NCBI GenBank assembly: GCA_951406725.2 | Contig: OX597821.1 | Span: forward strand, 57,226,001 to 57,290,000 | DNA length: 64,000 bases | From: Octopus vulgaris | Taxonomy: Eukaryota | Direction of reading: 5' to 3' | Shown here: positions 1-12,600 of the stretch, piece by piece | Numbering within the stretch: position 1 is the first letter of the stretch | How the letters are laid out: the number at the start of each line of letters is the position of its first letter | The notes under the pieces: model-generated | Database searches by the model: none | What the model saw: only the letters and a program-made list of their open reading frames with translations | What the model was told of the DNA's origin: nothing | Program-made: the position numbers and the translations under genes

Positions 1-1604
1 ACTGTCCAATCCATGCTAGCTGCTGCTGTTGATGATGGTGAGGAATGGAATCATTCTGTCGATCTCCCAACCATTTTCAAAGAATCCTCCTTGTAATCAC
101 CTTGATCTAAACAGAGCCAAGTGTATCTGGGAATCAACTTGACTAAGTCTCTCTCTCTCTCTAAGCCTGATGCCTGTCTCTTATTTACGCGTGTATTATT
201 TATGCATGTATCATTGACTGTTAATTATTTTATTGACATTAAATTGAGAGAAAATGAATATTGTCCTGATGACTGTAGCAACAGTGATGATAATAGTGAT
301 GATGATGATGATAATATTCATTTTTCTTTTCATTTTTGTATCTGAATATTATGTCTTCTAATTTCATAGATTAAAAATAATTAATGTCAAATTAGCTTCC
401 AGCTCTTCTAGAAACCATTAATTCATAGTATTTTGTGTATTTTTAAGCTGCAATTGCTTTCTTTTCAACTTGCAAAAAAAAAAAAAATAATAATAATAAT
501 AATAAATAAATAAATAAATAAAAAGACCCATCCCCAAACAAAAACATTAACATGTTTATTTATATTTTTTCTTTTTCTGTCTTTTCTAATTTATTCAGCA
601 TTTTAATTTTGAAAAAAGTTTGATTCAAATCAAATCAAATTTCTGTTATAATTAATTTATTTAATTCTATTTTTCTAAATGTAATTGTCAGAATATTTTT
701 TTTAAAAATACCTCTCTGCTTCTAAATTCTGTTTCCTGTGATGGAATTTTATCAAACCTTGACTGATAAGATTTTTGCTGATATTGTTCTGCCAAGATGA
801 AAATTTATCTTTGTAAACAAAGTTTTTCTCAACTCTGCTTGCTGTATTTACCTCCCCCTCCCATCCCCAATCCCCTCATTGAGATTGTCTCTAATCCTTG
901 TGCTAGTGCCACATAAAAAGTACTCATGTTGGCACCATATAAGAAACATCTCTGTTACTGCCACATAGGGAACATCCATGCAAAGTCGACCTCGGTGGAA
1001 TTTGAACTCAGAACATAAAGACAAACGAAATACCGCTAAGCATTTCGCCCGGCATGCTAACATTTCTGCCAGCTTGCCACCTTTAGATGGACAAATTGGC
1101 CCCAGTACTTATTTCAGATCTGGTACTTATTGTATTTTCCTCTTTTGCTGAATTGCATAGTTAAAGGGGACAGAACAAACCAGCCCCAGTTGTCGAGTGG
1201 TGACGGAGGACATACACAAAGAAAGACATACATCTGTCTGTCTGTCTATCTGCTTGCCTGCCTGTCTGTCTGTCTATGCAAACAACAGGCTTCTAAACAG
1301 TTTCCTGCAACCAAATTCACTCATAAAGCATTAGTCACCTCAGGGCTGTGTAGAAGACACTTGCCGAAGGTGCCATACAGTGGGACTGAACTCAGAATCA
1401 TCAGGTTGCAAAACAAGAAACTAGCAACGCTGCATCTCCTCTATAAATGATGATATGAATGATAGTTCCAACAACCTTTGACTCACTCCACTGCATATTT
1501 CATTGATACGGGTCCAAGACCGGGTTTCTTCTCCATGGTCAAAACAACGCCAGCTGTTTGACATTTGCAAATGTATACATGTATTGCCCCATTTATCCTC
1601 CTTT

Positions 1605-1830
1605 ACACACACACCTTCAGATGCACATACATATAACACACACATATCTTCTAATGCACATACATATAACACACACATATCTTCAGATGCACATACATAT
1701 AACACACACACACACACACATCTTCAGTTGCACATACGTATAATACACACACACACATATCTTCTAATGCACATACATATATGCACATACATATAACACA
1801 CACATATCTTCAGATGCACATACATATAGT
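1605..1830. repeat. ~30-bp minisatellite (atgcacatacatataacacacacatatcttc)n
   Basis: About 6 imperfect copies built from CA/TA microsatellite. Confidence 0.85.
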
Positions 1831-1849
1831 TATAAAGACCCACATACAG

Positions 1850-1890
<41 letters not shown>

Positions 1891-2099
1891 CATAGATCGC
1901 CACATATTAACGCATGAACTTTGATCAGAACTGAGAAAATGTCATCATTTAAGAGCAGGCATAACTCTGTGGATAAGAAGCTTGCTTTGCAGTACCCATG
2001 GTATCTGGTTCAGTCCCACTGTGGGGCATCTTTTACTATAGCCCCAGACCAAACAAAGTCTTGTGAGTGGATTTGATGGCTGGCAACTGAAAGAAGCCC

Positions 2100-2154
<55 letters not shown>

Positions 2155-3169
2155 GTCTTCTTGTCTTAACGTTGCCTGATTGTTCTAAATGAGTGTCACC
2201 TACATACAAGTGATGTCATTCATTTCCGATCTTTCATGAAAAACATGTCTGGTTATGGGAAAATATTACTTTACCTGGAAACAGGTAAGAGTTGGTGACA
2301 GGAAAAGCACCTGGCTATAGTAAATCTGCTTCAACAACAATTCCGTGCAACCCATCTAAGCATAGAAAAGTAAACATTAAACTGATGATGATGATGATGA
2401 TGGTAAGCTGATCATTAGTTAATCAGTTGGATTAGAGCTATGTCACCGAACACTTTGCTTTAATATTTAATCCCATCCAAATAGATGGAAACAGTGGAAA
2501 GTTAAGAGACTTGTCAAAGGAAACCACCTTCTAAAACCACTTGTCTTACGTTCTTATGGAATTCTACATTGCAAATTTACTTCTGAATGTCATTTGGAAA
2601 AGACAGATGTGAAAATAGTTTTTACATTGAATGAGTTATCGATTATGTATTCCTATAGAACTGAATATTTCTATGCCATTAAGAAACCTCACAGGCTGGG
2701 TGTTAACTGAAATCTTGAAAGTTATTTTTTTCCCCCTTTCTTAATATATGTTTGAGTGACTAAAGGAGCATTATGATAAAATCCATCTCTGGAGTGAGAC
2801 CATCTTTATGATAATCAATCATGTAAGCGAGAAAGAAGGAATTTATAATATTACCATAATATCACTTCTGATTTGAATTCTTGAGAAATTATTTCCATAA
2901 CATCTGATATGTCTTCTGGCTATATTTTATTCAATCCTGTTATTGCTATCTTAAAATCTACAGAAATTCTCACTGGAAGGGTTGTGGTGCTGGTGCTGGT
3001 TTGTATATCCTGGGATGCTTGCTGCATGAATACATAGTAATAGAGTGGCTGCTAGCTCACTTAATTTTAATAAACTAAAAAATTGTTATTAATTGGACTT
3101 CCATTTTTGTTTTTGATTTGCAAGATTCTTGATGTGAATCTGTGCATTGAAATAAACTTTCTTGTGTCT

Positions 3170-3397
3170 TGAGAGGTTCATTATACCAATAACACATGCA
3201 CTGGTTCAATATCACTTTATTGTTAGTCAATTAGTTAAATATCTCGCCAACTAACTAATCAATAATTTATTTAATGTGCTGGTTAAACAAATGAATGATT
3301 AGTTAATTGGTTAAATATTTAACCAAATTGACTAACATTGAAGACGTGATATTGAACCAGTGTGTGTGTTATTATTATTGGCATAATGACCCCCTCA
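3170..3397. mobile_element. Foldback/MITE with long inverted arms; related copy at 58766-59067
   Basis: gaggttcattataccaataac…cactggttcaatatcac is mirrored by gtgatattgaaccagtg…ttattggcataatgacccc; similar termini at 58766 and 59067. Confidence 0.7.
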
Positions 3398-3784
3398 CCC
3401 TGAAACAATAATTAATTGGAGGAATGATAAGAACTGTCATTTAAATAATCATTAGAAATAAAAAGAGAAAAGGAATGGCTATGCAGTTACAAAGTTCACC
3501 TTGCAATCATATGGTTTTGGATTCAGTCCTACTATATGATACTTTGGACAAATGTCTTCTATAACCCTAGGCTGCATCTTGTAAGTGAATTTGGTAGATT
3601 GAAACTGTATGGAAGCCAATTGTGTGTGTGTGTGTGTGTGTGTCTGAGTACATATGTCAAACTTTCATCATTTATCATCATCATCATTTAAGGTCTGCTT
3701 TCCATGCTGGCATGGGTTTGACGGTTTGACTGGATCTGGTAAAGCCAGGAGCCACACCAAACTGCAGTGTTTGAAAAATAAGCG

Positions 3785-4075
3785 CATTTCTTCATTCTGT
3801 GACACATTCTCTTGCTCCAGCCTTGCTGCATTGGCTGCAAACCCAGATAAATAAATACTGGAGCTTGACCGGCCATTATCAGTTGGTGCTGGTTGCTGTC
3901 GAGACATCGGGTGTTCTTGAACCCCACACTGCTGATTCTCTCTGCAAAATCAAGATAACCGCAGCTCATCTGAAAAATGAGCCCTGGATGGTGGAGTGGC
4001 TGCTGCTGCAACTGTCACTGGTTGTTCTCCATAGCAACGCCTTTGCAGTCATATCTGTGAGACACAGCTGAACTC
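3785..4075 (+). mobile_element. Decayed 3' end of a CRE-like non-LTR retrotransposon (restriction-like endonuclease C-terminus)
   Basis: Frameshifted translation CDTFSCSSLAALAA…KYWSLTGHYQLVLVAVETSGVL…EWLLLQLSLVVLHSNAFAVI fits the pattern DT.A.S…KY..L…F.P.AVET.G…WL.QR.S…RGNA..I. Confidence 0.7.
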
Positions 4076-4433
4076 ACCATTTATTCTAGGATGTACAAGC
4101 CCTTACTCCCTCTCCCCTTTCTCTGCTGCTTACCCCCCCCCCCCCTATTTTTTGTTTGTTTCCTTGGCAAGGTAGCTATGGTTACTTTTAATAGTTTTCT
4201 TTCTTTCTTTTCTTCCTGTAAAAATATGTTTTTAATTAAAACTTTTCAAATGTTTCTTTGATAAAATTATAATGAAAGATTTTAATTTGTATATAAACAT
4301 TCAAAAGAGGGAAATTTTCTTATCATTGAATCTGGCTTAGTTTCAAGGAGGCTGATGTCAAAGGGCTGACTTGGTCATGACAAAACATATATGTATATGT
4401 GTGTGTTATACGCACACACACATACACATGCGT

Positions 4434-4484
<51 letters not shown>

Positions 4485-4488
4485 AACA

Positions 4489-5373
4489 CACAAGGTCTGA
4501 TCAATAAGTATCCAGACTTGCCATAGTAACGAAGCTAAAGCATGCAAAGTCAAGCTGCTTGGCACAGATTGACCTTGAACTCTGTTGTGCATGCGCATTA
4601 AGTTTTAACATTCTAGCTCTCTTCCACTGTTTACAGCAGTGCTTGGAAAGAAGGTGTGTAGCATGTGATTGTTGCATTGACCATGACAGAGAAAGTTGTT
4701 ATGCCGATAACTGCTCAGAGACCTTTGCAAAGTTGCAGAAAGTGTATGGAGAGGAGTGTATGAGCTGCACACAAGTGTACAAGTGGTTCAAACGTTTCGA
4801 AGATGGCTGAAAAAATGTCGATAGTGATCAACGTTCTGTAAGACCCGCAACCAGCAAAACTGAGAAGACCATCACAGATGTGCATGCAGCTGTGAGGGGA
4901 AATCATCAAATCACCATCTGTAAGTTATCAGAGGATGTGCAGATTAGTTACGGTTCAGTTCATTCCATTATCACTGAAAATTTGGGTATGATGTTCCATT
5001 ATCACTGAAGGTTTGGGTATGCCCAAACTGATTTCAGCTGACCAGAAAGACACTCCAGTTTCAGTTGCACAAGATCTCCTTGATTGTGTTGAGAATGATG
5101 AAAACTTTTTGAAAGCTTTGCGTAGGCTTTTGAGCAGGTATCACCATGTTCTTGGCAAAATTTGATGCATATTCTCTGCTCAACTTCCTCTGTCATTTTC
5201 TATGCGATAATCACACACTACACATCTTCCTTCCAAGCATTGCTGTAAACAGCAGAAGTGAGCTAGAACATTAAAACTTAGTACACATACACAGTAGTGT
5301 ACCAAGTGGCTTCACTGTGCTTTAGTTTTGTTACTATAGCAATAGTCCGGATACTTATTGATCAGACCCGCTA
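4489..5373. mobile_element. Non-autonomous mariner element built from two inverted 5' ends
   Basis: TIRs ggtctgatcaataagtatcc(a/g)gact at both ends. + strand transposase HTH relic 4683-5115 (ETFAKLQKVYGEECMSCTQVYKWFKRF…RPATSKT…GSVHSIITENLGM). - strand start MTEEVEQRICIKFCQ at 5196. Confidence 0.88.
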
Positions 5374-5435
5374 TCCAGTTGTAGTATCATATGTACTTCC
5401 AGGTTTGCATTTGGGCATTTGTTGTGTGTGAAAAG

Positions 5436-5811
5436 ATAACTGCAAAAATTTGGAGTCAATATGAAGGAGTATGGTCGGACATTATTCTTTAATCACTACA
5501 ATTGTTTCCATGCCACATCATTCTCCAGGTGTGCAGGTATGCAATTATGCAACTGTTCCCCTGCATTATGGGAACTAGTTCTGTTTCCTCAGATTTAGTT
5601 GTGTTCCCTGAAGTAGAGAATGTGAACTAACGGAGACATTATTTACATATCGCCTGAAGAAACACAACTAGATCTCATAATGCATGGAAACAGTTGCATA
5701 ATTGAGTACCTGCACACCTAAAGAACAATGTTGCATGGAAACAATTGTAGTGATTAAAGAATAAATGTCCAGTCATACTCCTTCTTGTTGACTCCAAATA
5801 TTTTCAGTTAT
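5436..5811. repeat. Palindrome with ~155-bp arms and tandem hammerhead-like motifs; probable Penelope inverted-pLTR relic
   Basis: Arm 5436-5595 is the reverse complement of 5652-5811; motifs CTGAAGA…GAAACAGTTGCA and CAC-CTAAAGA…GAAACAATTGTA-GTG. Confidence 0.75.
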
Positions 5812-5824
5812 GTGTGTGTATCAA

Positions 5825-5884
<60 letters not shown>

Positions 5885-5887
<3 letters not shown>

Positions 5888-6060
5888 TCATCATCATCGT
5901 CGTCGTTTAACGTCCGTTCTCCATGCTAGCATGGGTTGGACGGTTCGACCGGGGTTCTGGGAAGCCAGAAGGCTGCACCAGGCTCCAGTCTAATCTGGCA
6001 ATGTTTCTACAGCTGGATGCCCTTCCTAACGCCAACTGCCCTTCCTAACGCCAACCTTCC
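5885..6060 (-). mobile_element. RTE-LINE 3' tail family (representative; also ~12610-12790, 22808-23225, 25850-26050, 42465-42670, 54975-55222, 62030-62250 on -, and 46380-46577, 49255-49550 on +)
   Basis: Shared ccatgctRgcatgggttggacRgtt…cagctggatgcccttcctaaYgccaacc with a (TGA)n tail; contiguous with an RTE ORF end at 49575-50450. Confidence 0.75.
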
Positions 6061-6070
6061 TAACAATATA

Positions 6071-6130
<60 letters not shown>

Positions 6131-6134
6131 GATG

Positions 6135-6167
<33 letters not shown>

Positions 6168-8269
6168 ATGACTTGGTTGAGGTAATATGTTTGCATAAAA
6201 CCTGAATGGAAAACTTCAAACTAGTTAGTGTATATGAATGACATGACTGCCAAATTTGTTTTAGTTTAAGGCTTTCATTTCTAGCTATAAAACAGATCTA
6301 ACTATTTATTCAAAACCTCAGGTAGAACAGAATACACAGTTTATCATCCATATTGCTTGCAACGGAAATACATTTCTATTTATATAAAATTATCGTTTTT
6401 TTTTTTGCTTGTTTCAAATTATTTTTGATGATAAAGTTGGAAACTTTTGCAGTTTTCTCTCAAATCTCTGATACACCATACTTATTAGGTTATTAAATAA
6501 AGAGTTAAGTCAATGATAAGTGAATGTACTTTTTTTGTTTCCTTTTTCTTCCTTTGTTTTTTCTTTCTCTTTTTTGCTCTCTTCCTTTGCACGCTTTCCT
6601 TTTTCCTTTCTTTCAGTCTCTGTTTTCTTCCATCGTTCTTCTTTTCTCTTCAAACCTCATTTATTTTATTCATTCATGATCTCTCTCTCTTTTCCTTCTA
6701 TTCTTTCCTCTACCTCCTCCTCCCGTCCATCTCCCCCACCCCTGTCTCTCCCCTCCTTATCTCTCTCTTTCAACATCTGCTGGATTGCAATATGAGGTTT
6801 GTACATATTCCACTAATCAAATCTGAGCAAACCTTCCAATTAGGCTTCTGATACCTTCTAATTATGTGTGTAGTCTGAGAGCATAAGATTGTTGGCAGGA
6901 CTTGCCAAAAGAAAAGAAAATTATGAACAAAAAAATCCCCAAAACAAAAAAAAAAAAACTAAATTTGACTGTTTTTTTTTGTTTTAAACGCAACAGATAT
7001 AAAATAACATTTTCCTTTCTAAATACCAACAACAACAACAACAACATCAAAATCAAAGTCAAGGAAAAATTGTTTACTTCAATTTTTAGCACACTTTCAT
7101 GAATTAAGCTACTGGATGTGAGTGAATTTGTGATTGTTGTTGTTGTTTCATGCCAGTTGCAGTAGAAGGTAGTAGTGGTGGCAATCAAGGTAATGCTGAT
7201 AATAGTGCTGTCTGCAGTGTTGATAAAATTGGATTTGTAGTAAGGACTATGGTGAATACGAGAAGTGGGGAGACTATCTGTGTTAGGGAATGTGCTAATG
7301 ATTTGCTGTTGCTATTTCTAGTTCCAGGATGATGTATGATAAAAAGTAGCCCAGTGGTGGCCATTCCATCTTTTTGTAGGTTGTAGGATGTGACTTGAGA
7401 GAGTTGGGAATTTTGGCTACTATTTCTAGCTGTTCATGTGTCTGTGTAAAGTCTTTTTCTTTGGCTCACACAAACAGCATTTAATAGTGATGTAGCTGTT
7501 TACCCCCAGTTTAACTCTGTTTGAGCCAATGGTCTATGATCAAATGCATTCCAATCGAACCACTCCATCTCTTTTTCATTTTATCAGGCATATTGTATCA
7601 AGGAATACATTATGTAATGTACCTTTCCACTTTTCAGATGGTAGAATATAATTTAAGGGAGATTTGGCTACTATTTCAAGCATGTTGAATGATCAGGTAG
7701 AATCTTTTGTGTAGTGGTTCATATAGACAGTATTTACTTTTGTTGCTGTTTTAACCCTAAGTTAGCCCCATTCAAGCAGACCTATGATCAAAGGTATTCC
7801 AACCATGACCATTTCATTTATTTTTCCCATGTAGTGTGACTTTAGGATGACATTAATAAATGTGTCCTTTGTTTTATATGACTATGGTGTAATTTGAGAG
7901 AAAATTAGCTACTATTTCTAGAAAGTTGACTGACTGTGTAAAGGCTTCCTCTTACAAACTAGTGATTTTGTTGTTATTGTTGTTTAGGCCCATAGGCCTC
8001 CCCTTTGAGAAACACTGATTTAACCTAAATTTGAGACACCAGCAAAAGAAGAAATAAAGATAGACTATTTTTCTATTCCAAAGAAAAACGATTTTATTCA
8101 CACAAATATGCAACTGAAGAGTTTAAAGTACCAGTAATGACTGGAAGAACGCAAACATGGTTTAAACAGTAAGCTTGGCAGGAAAGAAACGTGCCTTTAA
8201 GCAAAAAAGTGGAAGGTGCAGTTGTGTACACATTGATGGAAGAAAAGCTGGACAAAAATGGCTTTATCG

Positions 8270-8428
8270 ATTGCATACTCACCTGGAATCGATTTTTGTA
8301 ATTTTTTCAAGACTTACACACGTCCTGATACCATCGGTATCTACATATCATATTTGAGCGCAATCGGATGGAGGATACCCGAGATCCGAAAAGACACACA
8401 CACAGACAGAACCGATTTTATATAAGAT
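8270..8428 (-). mobile_element. Helitron/Helentron-like 5' terminus
   Basis: - strand reads TCTTATATAAAA…ctgtctgtgtgtgtgtc…ccgattgcgctcaaat, a typical non-autonomous Helitron 5' end; 3' end not found. Confidence 0.55.
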
Positions 8429-8455
8429 ACATACATACATACATACAGACATACA

Positions 8456-8673
8456 GACAGAATCGTTAGCACGCCAGGCGAAATGCTTAGCGGTATTTCG
8501 TCTGCCGTTACATTCTGAGTTCAAATTCCACTGAGGTCAACTTTGCTTTCATCCTTTCGGGTTCGATTAAATAAGTACCAGTTAGGCACTGGGATTGATG
8601 TAATTGACTTAATCCGTTTGTCTGTCCTTGTTTGTCCCCTCCATGTTTATCCACCTGTGGGCAATAAAGAAAT
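8456..8673 (+). mobile_element. tRNA-derived SINE family A (Meta-domain-like core); also 983-1082(-), 27641-27870(+), 30979-31195(+), 35830-36040(-), 39915-40357(+, two tandem copies), 53600-53700(-)
   Basis: ggcagaaacgttagc…gagttcaaattcc (A/B-box-like), then gcctttcatcctttcggggtcgataaattaagtaccag, resembling the MetaSINE central domain. Confidence 0.85.
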
Positions 8674-9345
8674 ATATATATATATATATATATATAAAAG
8701 AAGTATTCCATTATGTCAAAATCTGTTGTCATTATTTTGTCAGATTAAGGCAACATGGTAGAACTGTTAATGCATTGGCCAAAATGTTTAGTGGCATTTC
8801 TTCTGCTATGACTACAAATTCCAGTTAGTTCAACTTTGCCATTCATCCTTTTGTGGCTGATAAAATCAGTACCATTCAAGTGCTAGGGCTCAATGCAACT
8901 GACCTGTACTCTCCCATAAAAAATTTCCCAGCCTTGTGCCAAAATTTAATGCCATTATTTTGTCAGATTTATAGATTTATTTTCATGTTGACTGTTTCCC
9001 TTCAAAATATTAATAGCAATAATAAGTGTGAAGTAATTACAGTATACCATTTCATAATGGCAGTCTGTCCTCTCGCCTCCACTCTTTGACAGCTAAGAAA
9101 AATATAAGATGTAGAGGCGTGATGCTTCTTATGAGAATATGAAGTGTGGGGGGTGGGATAGCAGGAAGAAGGAAGAAGGCAATGTTCTCTTAACTTGCAG
9201 ATTCTTTTAAAATAATTGACATAGCACAGATAGAATCTCTGATTGGCAGGATGTTCTTCACAACTTGCTCAGACAGATAGAACACTGTAGAATTTTTATA
9301 ATGGAAAAATAACATACATGTGTGTGCACTCGCATGTGCATGCGT

Positions 9346-9391
<46 letters not shown>

Positions 9392-9412
9392 GCACTTAGA
9401 AAAATGCCTCAC

Positions 9413-9639
9413 TTAACTCTTTGGCATTCAGGTTTTTCTGTCAAACGTATTTCTTATTTATTCACATTGTTTTGAATTAATCATGCATTGTCTCGTAGCT
9501 TTGAGATTCCAAAGTTGTGATTACTTATTTTTGGAATGATGTTATTGGGTAGGTATGAGATGTTGGAACTGGTTAGTCTGAGCGTAAAACAAGCAGAATA
9601 TTTGGGCCTGATATGGCCAGTCAAATGCTAATGGTTTAA
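9413..9639. mobile_element. piggyBac-like MITE
   Basis: TTAA-ctctttggcatt … aatgctaatggt-TTAA; imperfect TIRs with TTAA flanks. Confidence 0.6.
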
Positions 9640-12600
9640 CACACACATATTCATAATGTATCCTAAGAATGGTGTTGCTCTGCATCTATTTTTAAAAAGT
9701 ATTTGAAAGTATTTGACCCATTTTGTCTTTGCTGAATCCTCTGTTTTTGCAGCTTGGATCTTCTGCCAAAATCAGAAATTATCGTAATTGTCATATTGTT
9801 GCCCTTTAATAATTCTTGATCAAAAAAAGCATCTCTGATCATTTTGTTGCTCACCCCTATTAGCTACAAAATGAACTCATCCGTGATGCAGTCTTGCTCA
9901 AGTTCCTCTTGGTTTGACATAAATGGTGAGGTAGACAGTTAAAAACACAGCGTAGTGCTGTCAAGTAGTGACTGCTCATGTCCTAGTGGTTAGGTTGTTG
10001 CAACTTAGCCACTAGTGGTTCCGATTCTTTGATCAGGTAGCACACTGTGTTTGTGAGCAAAAATAATTTCCTGTTGCTCCAGTTCACTCAGCTGTCAATG
10101 AGTTCCAACAATAACTGGCAGGTTGGCCCTGCAATGGGCTGGTGATCCATTCAGAGGTGTGGCTGAATATTCTAATCTTAGTTACTTATATGCTCATGGA
10201 AATATCGATTAAGTCCTGACCTTATGATTCCTGGGGCATGAATTGATATCTAATTCTTCTTGAAGTGCTGGATAGCAGTGAAGTGGATGATTTTCTGCTT
10301 AGGGTATGTAGCTCATTCACAGTGGTGCATTATATCCTTAAGCAAGACACTTTATTTCACATTGCTCCAGTCTATTCAGCTGGCAAAACTGAGTTGTACC
10401 TGTAATTCAAAGGGCCAGTCTTGTTGCATTCTGTCATGCTGAATCTCCCTATAGACTATGTTAATGTTACATGTGTCTGTGGAGTACTCAGCCATCTGCA
10501 TGTTAATTTCACGAGCAGGCTGTCCTATTGATTGGATCAGTTGGAACCCTTGTTGTTGTCATTGATGGGGTGTTAATTAAGTTGTCCTTCTTGATGCATG
10601 GTGTCTGCCAATGGAATATTGACCAAATGTGGTTGGCTCTTGTGTGTTGTTCTACATATTCTTTGACCAGGGCCAGCTCAGCTCATTCTAGGTGAATGTC
10701 AACATAAGTACAGGCAAGTACTTGGCTGTCCTATCTAACCATCTAATTGTCCTGTACTCTGCACCTACCTCTGGCTGCCATATCTACCTACGTAACTGTC
10801 AACTGTCGTTTCTCCTTATCTAATTGTACTATATACTTGTCTAGCTCTCTAATCTTTCCCCCTAGTTGACATTCCATCTGTCTACTTGGCTATCTACTTG
10901 TCTAACTATCTACCTATCCATCCCTTCACCTACATGTCTGCTCTTCTGTTCACCTAATTGGCCATTCTTCTGCCTATCTAATTGACTGTCTGTCCTTATA
11001 TTTACCTACTTATCTGTCCTTCTGTCCAGCTTCATGGATGTCCTTCCATCTATCTACTTGGCTGTCGTGTCTACCTACTTCACTTGCCCAGTATATAAGT
11101 TTCAACTTATTATCCCCCCCCTCCTATCTCTGCTTAACAATGATCGGTTAACTTGAATGCTAGTATGTCAGAATACTTTTCTTATATTCTTCGGTGACTT
11201 TGCACAAAAGCAGTTTCGTCATCAACGCTAGCTGAGTTATTACCTGTTCGGGGGTTGGGGGTGGGTGCAATATTTCTTCTCAGATAGAAATTGTAGCTGA
11301 TGATATAATCTTTGTGCATATAAATGCAAAACTAAAGTAAAAACATATCTGAATGTCTTTAGAAATTCATTCTCTTGCTGAGTGAATGGAGCACAGAGTT
11401 GGTCTACATATTTCCTATGTCTACTTTAACATTATTCCCTTTTTCCTAATGTTTTCTGCAAAATAAACCAAAGTCAACCTTCGTCTTTTATTCTTTTCAG
11501 GTGTTAATAAGGCCCTAGTAACATACCGGGGATTTATTCTATAATCTTTGCATTCTCACCCTCAAAGAGCATTTTGTGGTTAGATATAAGAAAAGGAAAT
11601 AAGAATTGTGAAAGACGTTATTATGACTTTTTCAGTCATACTCTCGCGCTTTCTAAGACACATCAAAACAGAAACAAAATACAAGGAAAAAGAACAAAGC
11701 AAAGAGAAGTGTCTGATAAACTCCCCTCATTCACCTGCTCCATACTGTATAGCTGGGGTGGAAAACTTTTTAGTGCAGCAGGCAAAAATTTCCAAAGGAA
11801 AAGGTCCGCAGGCAGATCACAAGTTCTAACTCTTATATCTGTGTCGATCTTGTATATATCTATGTATAATTCAATAAACATTAATAAAGATAAGTTTGAC
11901 ACATTTAAAGTAACACATAACATCTTTAAAAATAAGATTCCCAGTTCATGCCCATTCTGGTGTTATATACACAACCAGGAGTAAGACATCTGCAGACAAT
12001 GAGAGAACAAATATGAAAATACTGCTCATTTCTGAAGACAATGATTAATAGGACAAGATGGAGGTAATCAATAAGCAATATTGTTTTGTAAAAAGAAAGA
12101 TTAGCCAGTGTCATTGCAAAGGTTTTCAATGAAGGAAAACCACAAGGTCAGGCAGAGACTGTAATGGCTGTTGTCATGGTGACAGCAGCAGTAATAGTAG
12201 TAAAAAAAGAAACTCCCAGTCCCTCTGCAAAAATAAACCAAACACTATATAGCAAGGGTGGGGAAGCCCCTGCCCGTGGGTGCAATTGTGCCCACAAGCC
12301 CGTTTTATTGCGCCCACAGGCTGATTTACTTGTATGTACAAAATACAGTAAATTTTTCAATTATGAAATTTATACAACATTCATATGCCTATCTGCAACA
12401 TATGTCGTGTTTCCACTATGACATAAAACGGTTAGACTCAAAGAGAAAATTGTCTGGTAATTGCCATTTGAATGGAAATTTTGTTTTCACTATGAAACAC
12501 ATATTGCCTCTTGAGACTCAACTACACTCAAGCTGAAAAATATAGAATACCTCATAAGTAATATAAATGTTCTAAATTCAGTGGCAGCATTAATGAAGAT

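Noticed and set aside
6760-6850. Possible NBEAL exon after a long pyrimidine tract (donor-like GAG|gtttgt)
   Set aside because: No AG acceptor after the tract and no similarity to the expected NBEAL segment.
9663-9930. Gypsy gag-like fragment on the - strand
   Set aside because: Only a vague resemblance, with a stop codon and no LTRs or neighbouring domains.
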